DNA of 64,000 nt from Mytilus californianus (taxonomy: Eukaryota): contig NW_026262668.1 in the NCBI RefSeq assembly GCF_021869535.1, positions 132,618,001-132,682,000 of the forward strand. The letters run 5' to 3'. Shown here in pieces: positions 1-11,600 of the stretch (the stretch's first letter is position 1; each line of letters begins with the position of its first letter). Under the pieces are notes generated by a model. It worked only from the letters and a program-made list of their open reading frames with translations, ran no database searches and was not told the DNA's origin. A program made the position numbers and the translations under genes.

Positions 1-740
1 GTGATAGATATATAAATTGGTGATAGATATGCAGAGTGGTGGTAGATATACAGAGTGTTGAAAGATATACAGAGTGGTGATATATATACAGAGTAGTGAT
101 AGATATACAGAGTGGTGATAGATATGCAGAGTAGTGGTAGATATATAGAGTGGTGATAGATATACAGAGTGGTGATAGATATACAGAGTGGTGGTAGATA
201 TACAGAGTGGTGATAGATAAACAAAGTTGTGATAGATATATAAAGTTGTGATAGATATGCAGAGTGGTGGTAGATATACAGAGTGGTGGAAGATATGCAG
301 AGGGGTGATAGATATACAGAATGGTGATATATAAACGAAGGTGTGATAGATATACAGAATGATGATAGATATACAGAGTGGTAGTAGATATACAGAGTGT
401 TGATAGATATACAGAGTGGTGGTAGATATACAGAGTAGTGATAAATATACAAAGTGGTGATAGATATACAGAGTGAAGATAGATATGCAGAGTGGTGATA
501 GATATACAAAGTGGTAATAGATATACAGAGTGGTGATAGATATACAAAGTGGTGATAGATATACAAAGTGGTGATAGATATACAGAATGTTGGTAGATAT
601 ACAGGGTGGAGACAGATATACAGAGTGATGGTAGATATACAAAGTGAGGATAGATATACAAAGTGGTGATAGATATACAGAGTGGTGGTAGATATACAGA
701 GTGGTGATAGATATACAGAATAGTGATAGATATACAGAGT
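1..740. repeat. Minisatellite, 19-22 bp unit (AGAGTGGTGATAGATATAC)
   Basis: About 35 degenerate tandem units read directly; continues off the window start. Confidence 0.95.
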
Positions 741-747
741 AGATATA

Positions 748-1030
748 GTTATAGTAGGAACTTGCTGAATGTCTTATAGTAATGGCAAATACATGTTGAA
801 TGTCTTATATCTAAAGCAGGTACTTGTTGAATATCCTATTGGTATAGTAGGTACTTGTTGGATGTTCTATATAGTAGTATATAACAGGTACGTGTTGAAT
901 TCCTATTGTTATACTAGGAACTTGTTGAATGTCCTATACTTATAGCAGTTCCTTGGTAAATGTCCCAAAGCTATAGCAGGTACTTGTTGAATGTCCTATA
1001 GTCATAGATGGTACTCGATGAATGTCCTAT
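748..1030. repeat. Minisatellite, about 30 bp unit (TATAGTAGGTACTTGTTGAATGTCC...)
   Basis: About 9 degenerate tandem copies. Confidence 0.85.
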
Positions 1031-1370
1031 TGATTTCCCGTGTGGGTTATGGTTACCAGAAGTAGAGGTATGCATGGTATCTAAAATTACCCTTAGCACT
1101 AGACCAGTAAACGTTTTGAAGCATTAAGGTAGAAGGTGTCTGGTTTGTCACAACGACCACTATTACTATTACCGGATGTCGGCCATGATAATAGAGGTAG
1201 AGATAGAGTTAGGCATTGACCTCTAAAATGGACCAAATCATTTATACATTTAAAAATTATAAACCAAATTCATGAAAGAATCCCACACAGTGATTTTTTT
1301 CTGAGACTTATTTTTCGACATTCCAATACGCTATGACAGCATGTTTTTTTTTGGTCTCGTAAACACCACA

Positions 1371-1470
1371 AAGGACCTACTTTGAGCAGAATGTAGCAGA
1401 AAGGACCTACTTTGAACACAATGTAGCAGAAAGGACCACAAAGGAGTTTATAAGAGCACAAAGGACCTTA
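1371..1470. repeat. Short tandem repeat, 30 bp unit (AAAGGACCTACTTTGAGCAGAATGTAGCAG)
   Basis: Two near-identical units plus partial copies. Confidence 0.8.
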
Positions 1471-2104
1471 TAATCACTGTTTTGTAAGGAAATAGTATTT
1501 TTTTAAGTCTGTATTTCAGAAATGTCAATATATGCTTTGCTTTATCAAATTTTATTTTGGACAAAAACAAAGAATCTACAGAAATGTTCTTACTTTGTGA
1601 ATCTTAATTTGCTGTGAGGAACAAAAAGTGCACATGGTGCAATAAAAAAAAAAGGTGCAATAAAAAAAGGACTGCACAGCTGTCTTTTGGGTATATGTTT
1701 CGTTGGGCTGTTTGATGAAACAGATAATATACCTGTCTAGATAACCTCGATATGTAATTGTAATAAAAGTTTATCATCATTCCGTGAAATATATGGCCGT
1801 GAAGAATATATTTATGAAAAACTCTCTGAACTTTATACCTTCTAATAAAAAATTTGACAAAATGGTTTCTATTTCTCCCTTTTTTACGTCAACAAACGAT
1901 GAACGATGTCTTTGGTCGTCGCTTGTGTAAATGTTTATTAAATAAATATTATTGTATTTGATAAAGTTTATATGTTTTTAAAGACTATATTTTTTAACAC
2001 CGAAATTTTGAAAATGTCATGTTTTAAATACTATCATTCAATACACTAAATATAGTTGACCTATTGCTGATAAATTCTAAAAAACAGACTTATTGCATAT
2101 AGTA

Positions 2105-3780
2105 TTAGTAAAATTAAAAAAGAAAACATTATTTTGTGCATTCGTCGACTTTGAAAAAGCGTTTGACACGATTTGGCGAGACGCAATGCTTTTGAATAAT
2201 ATGAATGGATGTATGTATAATGTTATTGTAAATATGTATCAAGGTACTAAGTCATGTATGTATTTCATATAACAATTCCGTGTCTGATTTTTTCCCATGT
2301 AATAACGGGGTTAGACAAGGCGAAAATTTATCGCCTTTTCTTTTTTCTCTATTTTTGAATGATCTTGATTCATTTTTCCAAACCTGTAATATAGAGGGCC
2401 TAAAATCAGTCTCAACAGAGCTTGAAGAAAAACTTGACATATTTTTAAAACTTTTTATTATTCTGTATGCTGATGATACTGTGTTGATGGCCGAATCCGC
2501 AACTGAACTCCAAAAACTATTAGATTGTTTTCTAGATTACTAATACACAGATGTATGGAGGCTAAAAGTAAATGTTGATAAAACAAAAGTCGTGGTTTTT
2601 TCAAGGAGACGACCATCATGTAATTTTCAATGTTTCTTTAATGAAAAAAAAACTGGATATCGTTGATGAATTTAACTATTTGGGCATAATTCTAACAAGA
2701 ACAGGTAATTTTAATAAAACGAAGCAATCAATGTAGAAAAGGCTACTAAGGCTTTTTACGAAGTGTTAAGACTAGTTCGTCTACATAATCTTTCTATATG
2801 TAGTCAGTTGGACTTATTTGATAAAATGGTGAAATCAATATTACTGTACGGTTGTGAATTATGGGGTATTGGAAATAATGAGATAATTGAAAAGGTACAA
2901 CTAAAATTTTGTAAATTATTATTAGGTCTGAAAACATCAACACCCTCTTACATGATTTATGGGGAGCTTGGAAGATATCCTATAGACTTGGACATAAAAA
3001 CTAGATTGATCTCATTTTGGGGGGAATTAAATTCTGGTAAAGAGACAAAACTATCATATACCCTATATGAATTGTGTTATCACATGTCTATTAATGACAA
3101 TGTGCATTTTTCATGGTTAAACAAAGTAAAGACTATTTTAAATGAATGTGGTATCCCCAATGTGTGGGAAACGCAATCTTTTATGAATTGTAAATGGTTA
3201 GTTTCATTCATCAAGGTCAGACTTAAAGATCAGTTTGTACAAGTCTGGCATTCTTTGCTTGAAAACTCACCAAAAGCACTTAATTTTAAACTTTTTAAAG
3301 ATTTTTTTGGAAAAGAAGATTATTTTGAAATTCTTGGGAACAAACTGTCTATTGATTTTTGTAGATTTAGGACCACAAATCACAAGCTCCCTATTGAACA
3401 GGGTAGATGGAATAATATAGTTAGAAGTAATAGATTGTGTCTTCTATGTAATAAAAATAACATTGGTGATGAATTTCATTACATATTAGAATGCAAATAC
3501 TTTGAAGAAAACAGGAAACATTGTATGTCACATTATTATTTTAAAAATGCAAATACTGTTAAATACAAGCAGATTATGTCTTCAAAACACAAATCAGAAC
3601 TGATTTAAACTTTATAAATTTATAAAGATTATCAACACAGGTATATGTGCTCCTGGCTAAAATGTACTTCATATAGTGTCTGAGCAATAGTTCTGTTTGT
3701 TCTGTCTTATTGTAAATATTGTACATAAATGTCTTCTCTATACCTATGTACATGTATATAGTTTATTGAGAATAAAGAAA
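2105..3780 (+). mobile_element. 5'-truncated non-LTR retrotransposon (LINE), RT domain and C-terminal region, disrupted
   Basis: Translation gives FCAFVDFEKAFDTIWR, GVRQGENLSPFLF and LYADDTVL RT motifs; the 281-codon ORF 2763-3608 ends in CLLC..GDEFHYILEC; stops and frameshifts between blocks; AATAAA and A-rich end near 3771-3782. Confidence 0.92.
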
Positions 3781-4465
3781 AAGTATGAGAAAAAAAGACC
3801 AAAACTCAGAAACTTAATTTTGACAACTGAACCATGATAATGAGGCCAAGGTTAGATGACACCTGCAAGCTAGACATGTACACCTTACAATCATTCCATA
3901 CACCAAATATAGTAGACATCTTGCATACAGTATAAGAAAAACAGACCAAAACACAAAAACTTATCTATAACCACTAAACCATGAAAATGAGGTCAAGGTC
4001 ACATGACACCTACCAGTTGGACATGTACACCTTACAGTCCTTCCATATACCGAATATACTTGACCTATTGCTTATAGTATCTGAGATATAGACTTGACCA
4101 CCAAAACTTAACCTTGTTCACTGATCCATGAAATGAGGTCGATGTCAAGTGAAAACTGTCTGACGGACATGAGGACCTTGCAAGGTACGCAAATACAAAA
4201 CATAGTTATCATGTTACTCATAATAAGAGAGAAATTATCATTACAAAAAATCTTAACTTTTTTTTCAAGTAGTCACTGAACCATGAAAATGAGGTAAAGG
4301 ACAATGGACATGTGACAGACGGAAACTTCGTAACATGAGGCATCTATATACAAAGTTTGAAGCATCCAAGTCTTCCACCTTCTAAAATATAAAGCTTTTA
4401 AGAAGTTAGCTAACGGCACCCTATGTCGAGCTTTCTGCGACAAAAGTCGCAGGCTCGACAAAAAT
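3781..4465 (-). mobile_element. Helentron/HINE-type non-autonomous element with internal tandem cores
   Basis: Terminal nested hairpin TGTCGAGC..TGCGAC-AAAA-GTCGCA..GCTCGACA at 4424-4460; repeated cores (CTGAACCATGAAAATGAGGTCAAGG..GACATGTACACCTTAC). The same core resumes at about 2020-2100, so the LINE is inserted in it. Confidence 0.75.
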
Positions 4466-4825
4466 CCAACTGGTTGTCTAAAAAGATAAGTCCTTCCTTA
4501 AATATATGCTAGTTTTCGAGTCAAAAGATATTATTAGAATAAAATATTTGAGAAAAAGATTGAACAGAAACCATAAGAATATAAATCTTTCAAAATTTCT
4601 TTTTCGTGCATGAATTAAAATATTGTTTTGAACAGTCTTAAACAAACTTTTATTACTTTTTTCCTGTTATGTGAAGATTTATTGGGGGCAGTTGTTATAT
4701 ATTAGCACTATAACAGGTAAAGCTTTGACAATCTTGTCACCTGTAATTACATTTACCTGTAAGAATAAAACGTTTTGGTTCAAGATTTAGAAACAGAACG
4801 AAGAGGTTTTCTCCTGTTTCTTAGC

Positions 4826-7038
4826 CACGGGTGTCATTAGGTTTATCGAGAGAAATGATAGTGAAAGAATATTTTACGGTGGTCAAGTATTGCGAGACGA
4901 TCGTAGAATCTCTGGTACCGGATCGTGAATGTAATTAAATGTAAATTCTACTTCAGAATGTGTGAAAAAATCGCTGAATTTTCAAAATGCGGAACAAATC
5001 CGAACAAAAAAATATGTCTGTCAAAATGATTCAACTTCCTCAACATTACTGTGCAATAAGATAAAGAAAATATGCAGTACTTTATGAAAAAACACAAAAG
5101 GCACAATGCATGTCTATGGGATTAATTAAAAAAACACGTTTTTTGTACCTATAATGGTCATATTTCAATATATCATGATATATTTGAAATTTAATCTTTG
5201 TTGTGTCCGAAAGTACAGTAAAATAAAAGTATGCTCTTCCCTTAAAATCGTTCATTTGTTTATGAAAACCTTGAATTTTGTTGATTTTTCATCAAACTTG
5301 ATCGTGATAGATCAGGCAACGCATTACTTTGATCGTGAAAGATAATGCGTGACCAGACTTAATAATCAGAAATCAATATTTCTTTTACCATTTGATATAC
5401 CTGCAACTGGTTGAAGCCAGTAACTTTTTTGATAAGAACGAACATGAAAGCTATCATTCGTTTTTTAAATTCAACACTTTACCTCTAAAGTTAAAAAAAT
5501 TTAACTTAAAACGTGTCTAAATCAGTGTGAAAAATTCAGCTCTGAGAATCGGACTAGTACAAATCAGGCAGACCGCCATTATTTAGCCAATAATATGGGT
5601 ATGCAACGTTCAAACCAAAAAGTTAACCATCAACCAAAAACTTATAGCAAAAACAGCATCTTTCATGAAAAATTTGAGATTGAACGATAACCAACATTTT
5701 GTTTGTTATATGTATCTTTGTATACAACGTAGCAGATGTGGATTGATTTCCATTGAGACAACTATATATTACAGAATAAAGAATACCAGAGCGCAAATGC
5801 TGAAATGTCTCGTCTGCTTTACTTATGATAGTATATTTGTTGAACTTCTGTAATATTAAGGGTTTTACTAGAAGTGTCACATACTCTTAAAATTGTCAAT
5901 GATTCATAAAAAGAGGTCAAGGTCAGATGAACCATGACATACAGATATCTACAAAAATCCCGTACACCAAATATAGGTGTTCCGATGCTTACAGTACCTT
6001 AGAAACTGACAAATGTAAAAGTTATGTTTGGCCAATTAATTCGGAACATGAGGTCGAAAGTATATGAACCCTGACCGACAGTTAGACACAGACATCTTAA
6101 AATCATTCAATATATCAAATACAATTGACGTCATATATGAAACATGCAGACAGACATGTACACCATACACCAAATACTGTGGCCCTGTAGCATACAGGTA
6201 TGCAAGCTTTATAAATATAATGGGCATAAAGATGAGAATTCAAAGTTATAAATACAAAATAAAACATCTTAATGTATAAAAAAAACAATACTTATGAAGG
6301 ACGGACAAATGGACTGGTATTGATACAATTTACCAAGTCTGTGTGATATTATAAGATATTAGATCCAATGGCATTGCACGATTATAGCCCTATTCACCAG
6401 CAAAAGAGACCCGGGTCAGTCATGCCAATCTAGTTTTTTTTAATACCAATAACAAATATTAATTATCATATAATTGAAGAATAATATGAACGTTTTCGTA
6501 GCTTTAGATCTTTTACGATCCTTTTCACGATCTTCATAAACCAGTACGTGATCTTTCACGATCCGAAATATCAATTTTGTGTAAATATTTCTTTTTTTAC
6601 CAAGTTTCAGATTATGTTTATACAAATTAACTATGAGAACCATTTGATGCATTCAAATAGAATGCCCTTTTTCGAAGAAAAATAGTTTATTTTATTGGAA
6701 TTTGTGAAAAAATCATGTTTGTTTACATTTTTGATGTCACTGAAATGTCGAGGAGCAATATGCCTTTTGTTGTTTTGTAAAAACTATGTACTTTTAGAAC
6801 TGGATTTTCTCACATACTGATCATAATGTTCGACCATTTTGACAGACAGTTTTATTTTGTTGTAAATTTGTCCGTGTAATTAATTAAATTAGATTATTTA
6901 ATGACTTTTCATATGTCTTCTCGATTAAATTTCTTTCACGATCCGGTACCAGAGCTTTCACGACCGTCTCGCAATACTTGACCTCCGTTAGATATTCTTT
7001 CACGATCATTTCTCTCGATAAACCGAATGACACCCGTG
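4826..7038. mobile_element. Non-autonomous TIR DNA transposon, CACGG termini, 5-bp TSD TTAGC
   Basis: 104-bp TIRs (4826-4929, 6935-7038, about 90% identical); TTAGC at 4821-4825 and 7039-7043; subterminal GATCGTGAAAG motifs; degenerate HINE cores inside (about 5900-6200). Confidence 0.9.
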
Positions 7039-7861
7039 TTAGCGAGTACACACACATTTTGTATTCAGACAATGTACATTTATTGTTTATATCCTACAAT
7101 TAATAATTGGCGCTTTAAGGTTCGTGGCATATAAACTCTTATGTATTTAATTATTTTGAAAACAAAATGAAAATTATGTCTAATGAATAACCATGATGAA
7201 ATAATTGTTTTTTCCATAATTGAATCGTGCATTTGTGTATTGGATTACTTAGTTGCCTTCTTTCTAGTGCTATTTATTTTGTTTACTGACAAATGACGAA
7301 ATAACGCAATAGTTAAAATTAAATATTTTACAAAACTTTGTCACGATTAAAAAATTAAAACCGACTGAATGAATTAAAATATGAGAATTCAATGATTATC
7401 GATGTCGAAATTAGCCGTCGGTAATAAACAGTCAGTCTGTGTAAAAGAAATAGCTACCAAATTTGTTTATTACGTATGTACAAAGTATATGTATATTGTA
7501 TATAATCAGCCCTTCTTTATATTACTTGTTTTTATAATTGATTCAACAAATTTCGCTTGTCCAGGTGTCAATAACGGTGATGTTCACACCACGAGTAGTG
7601 ATAAATGACACAATAACAGCGATCGATCAGTAAAAATTGCGTGCCGTATGCTGAATGTCGCCCCTCCTCTGAAAAGGACGCTAATTTTTATATAAAATCT
7701 CGCAAAATTATGACCCATATTTTGGCACATCCCCGTTCACCCAATAATAGGAAGTGAATTCGTCACCATCATGGTTTCAAAGAGAAAGTAAAACGTTAAA
7801 CGCCGGATTCAGTGTCGTCCAATTAAAACACTCGTTACATTGTTCTTTTGTATATTTAGAA

Positions 7862-8150
7862 TCCGAGATAAACCTAGATTTTCTCGAGAAATGAGATAAT
7901 TCATTATCTGAAATTGAGAAAATTAATTATCTGGAGATAAGTTAGGATTATCTGAAAATCGATCAGAAAAACCTAGATTTTCTTAATATTTTGAGATAAA
8001 TCGGGATTTTCTCTTGATAATGAATTTTCTGTATTTTCTGAGATAAACTAGGATTTTCTCGAATTTGAATTAAGCTGAGATAATCTTAGTTTATCTGAGA
8101 TAAACCGGGATTATCTGAGATAATCCTAGTTTATCTGAGATAATCTAAGA
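7862..8150. repeat. Degenerate tandem array of near-palindromic units (TTATCTGAGATAA)
   Basis: Repeated GAGATAA/TTATCT motifs at about 20 bp spacing. Confidence 0.7.
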
Positions 8151-8537
8151 TTAATTAATAAAAGTGGTTCAAGGGTGCCATACACATGTGTAAAATAGTA
8201 ATTATATATATCCCCATTGAGAGGCCCCTGACATAGTGTAATTACGTGAAGTCTTTGTTGTCGACAGCCAGTGATACAAATATCATGTGTCCATGTCCAC
8301 GCTGTTATGAAATTCATTCTATGTAATTTTGATAGTTAAATGCAGTTGTTGAAATTAAAAGGAAAATACTTCATTCATTATGCAAAACAGTCAAAGTCAA
8401 TGAAACATGACTGAAGCTACTGGGCCAAATGATCTCCCTGAAAATGATAATGGGTATGATAATGCTGTGCATACAAAATATCGTTGACATATTGTCAATG
8501 GCTCTCCTTAAAATGACATAATAAAAAAACTCTAACT

Positions 8538-8668
8538 GTAAAAAGTAAAATAACAAAAAATACCGAACTCTAAGGAAAATTCAAATCGGAAAGTCCCTTA
8601 TCAAATGTCACAGTCAAAAGCTCAAACACATCAAACGAATGGAAAACAACTGTCATATTCCTGACTAT
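8538..8668 (+). mobile_element. Abundant SINE-like dispersed repeat, family B
   Basis: AAAAGTAAAATAACAAAAATACCGAACTC..GGAAAATTCAAA..GGAAAG; other copies at 22690-22875 (-), 47355-47545 (+) and degenerate at 9565-9680. Confidence 0.75.
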
Positions 8669-11600
8669 GTAAGCGATGCAAAACTTTTGACGGAATCAAA
8701 TATCGTTCAGGGGATGATGCCTTATTATCTCCATAAAAATATGCCAATGCTAATACAAATACATACCAAATATCCATTGACTTATCGTTAGTAGTCCCCA
8801 TTTAAAAAAAATTACTTGATCACAAATTCGAAGAAAAAAAATGTTGACGCCGCCGGCGCCACCAGAAACAGCACGCCTCTATTACTTCGTAGAGAAGAGA
8901 CAAAAAATATTAATACTAACATTTTTCGCTCTCTTATATCTGAAAAATCTTTATTTGATGTAATGTTATTACAATTTTTACGAATTATGCATGAAGATTA
9001 AAATGGCCAAGAACTGCATTCAATAGGTTGAAATGTGGAAAGTAAGAACATAATTTTTTAGTTGCGAACTAGGAATCGTTTTTCTTTTCCATTACTTAAA
9101 GTAAGTTTTATTTTCAAGCGATCATCTATTTCCATGCTCAAAAACTCGTGACTAGAATTATGATATTATCCAAACACATTTCTAAGTAAACACATTAAAT
9201 GTACACATTTCTTGAATATAAACAATATTAAATGTGTTTTAGAATTAAAAGTTTTTAGGACTTAAATATGCACTATTTCTAAGTTAAACATGATCATAAA
9301 CACAATTCTATACACTTTCTTCAATCTAAACATGTTACGAAATTAAACATGTTAAAAAAGTGCGCAAACAATGCATATGTATTTAGAATTGTGTTTAGGA
9401 TTTATACACCATTTAAACAGATTACATGTAGTAAGGATATCGGAAATGCATTTTTTGGACGTGTTCATATAGAAATGTAATAGATGTTATGTCGATGCCT
9501 ACAATTTGAAGGAAAAATCGGGCCGTCTATACAGCATGACTTGATTTTATCCTTCGCATATAAAAAAGTATAACAAAAACATCAAACTCCAAGGCAAATT
9601 CAAAAAGTGAAAGTCCATAAAACTAACAAAATCAAACGCTATCAATCAACGGAACAAGTGAAAAACTTCTGACATATAACTTTTAACTAATACAAATATG
9701 TTTGAAGAACAATTAGGATTTCTTTAGATGTCCCAAAAGTTCATTTTAACAGTAAGCAATGGGCTAAGACTGATACCTCATATAACATGAAACGTATAGT
9801 TACAATAAAAACATACCGCAACTACATTAAAAAAATATCGCATTCTACAATAAAATAAATATCATTTAATTATTTATTTACAAAAGAAAAACGTTGCAGT
9901 ACAATTTTTACAAGGAAATAAACTTTTGCTTTTACTTTGATATTGAGCTTATTTCAAGACTTAATTTTCGTTTATATTTAAATGATAGGTTAACCGCGTA
10001 TATGTTCACAAAGAAATCTTACATTGTTGCTCGTTTAACTGGTCCATTTGACTTTTTTCCCTTTAAAATGGCCTCGAAAGGCTTAATATAGTCGATTTCA
10101 CACTCTATTTATTAATGGTAATGCAAAAAACTATTCTGTGTGTCGCGTGAATTAATTTCGGACTGAAAGTATTTATATATTTTAATATTAAAAAAAATCT
10201 ATTGCAAAAAAAAAACATCTTTTTCCTCATGGAGTGTCTGTATATTTACAATTTCATATTAGAAAATATCGCCACTCCACATAAGAAACGGTTTTCTCGA
10301 TTCGCACTTTCCATAGACTGATGTATAGGCATCCTAAATCACACAAGAAACTTTATAATTATCGTTTTATATTTACATCCATAAATCAATCAAAATATTT
10401 CGGTTCTTTTGGCTTGTGCTCTAACAATCGTTTAGCAACTCGTTATCAAATTTCATTCCACTGATTATGCTTATATAGTAGGTATTTACTATTCATTGAT
10501 AGTAATAAACACTCTACCTGTCTTTGAAAAGGATACGTTCCTATGAAGTTGAAATTATCTCCGCTGACACGGAGTCCTTGTTGTGTTTTACTACACTATC
10601 ACATACTTATGAAACATTAATTTTCATATCTGATACAATGGTCTTTCTATAATCTGAGATTACTTATATCTACTCTTTTTTAGTACAATAGAAATTTATT
10701 CAATTCGACTAACTCTTCGTTAATACAACGTTAATAGTGACCGACGTTCTTTTTTAGACCGTGGTTTGTAAATTTCTGGTGATAATCTTCATACAAGATA
10801 ATAAATCGGGATGAATTTTGTCTTCCTGTTTTAAATTGTCCATTGCTTGAGGGCTACTGTTGCCCGTTGGCTGTACATTTCGTAGTTGGCTCAATAATCA
10901 GCATTTGGAGTATGGTCTCTAGTTCCGATGAAAACAATATTTTTCTGACTAAAAACCGTTTACAGCAAGGATAAAGATATACTTATTTGGTAAAAAAAAA
11001 ACTTTTACTAAATTTTACCACATGTGAATATATTCATTATTGAAAAATGTTTCCACCATGCATTAGAATTATAATAAAAAAATTGAATTTCACATGCAAT
11101 TTTTACTTTGATATTATTAATAAAGGTACCACATTTATCAAATTTAAGAATTGACCTTGAAATCTTTTGAAAAACTTTTGATAGGTTTCAGTTAATTTGT
11201 TGTTGTTGAATCATTGTGTCTAAAGGTATTATTGGGTACGAATATCAATTCAGCTATTTTTTTTTCAAGCAAGACAACTTAAGTGCACCTTTTCAGATTC
11301 AGATTGTTGCACTGTTGTTGATTAACATTTATTCTGAAAGACAGTTATGGATTAGGAATTGGGACACAGACACATCGTATCAGTAAACCCATTCGTGATG
11401 TAAAATATATGTAGTGTCGATTTCAGTCGTTCTTCTTCAAAATTTGCTTAGAGTTTTAACAGATTAAGACAAATAACAGCACTAGAATTGTCCTTATTCA
11501 ACCAGATATTCATGTTTCCGCCCAAAGAAATGAATCTTGTTAGTGATTGACGTATGTCATATTCTGATAATGTTTCTTTTGATATAGAGGGGATATGGTG

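Noticed and set aside
8126-8317. Possible Tc1 transposase fragment (QGPLNGDIY)
   Set aside because: Only a faint resemblance; no catalytic motif or TIRs.
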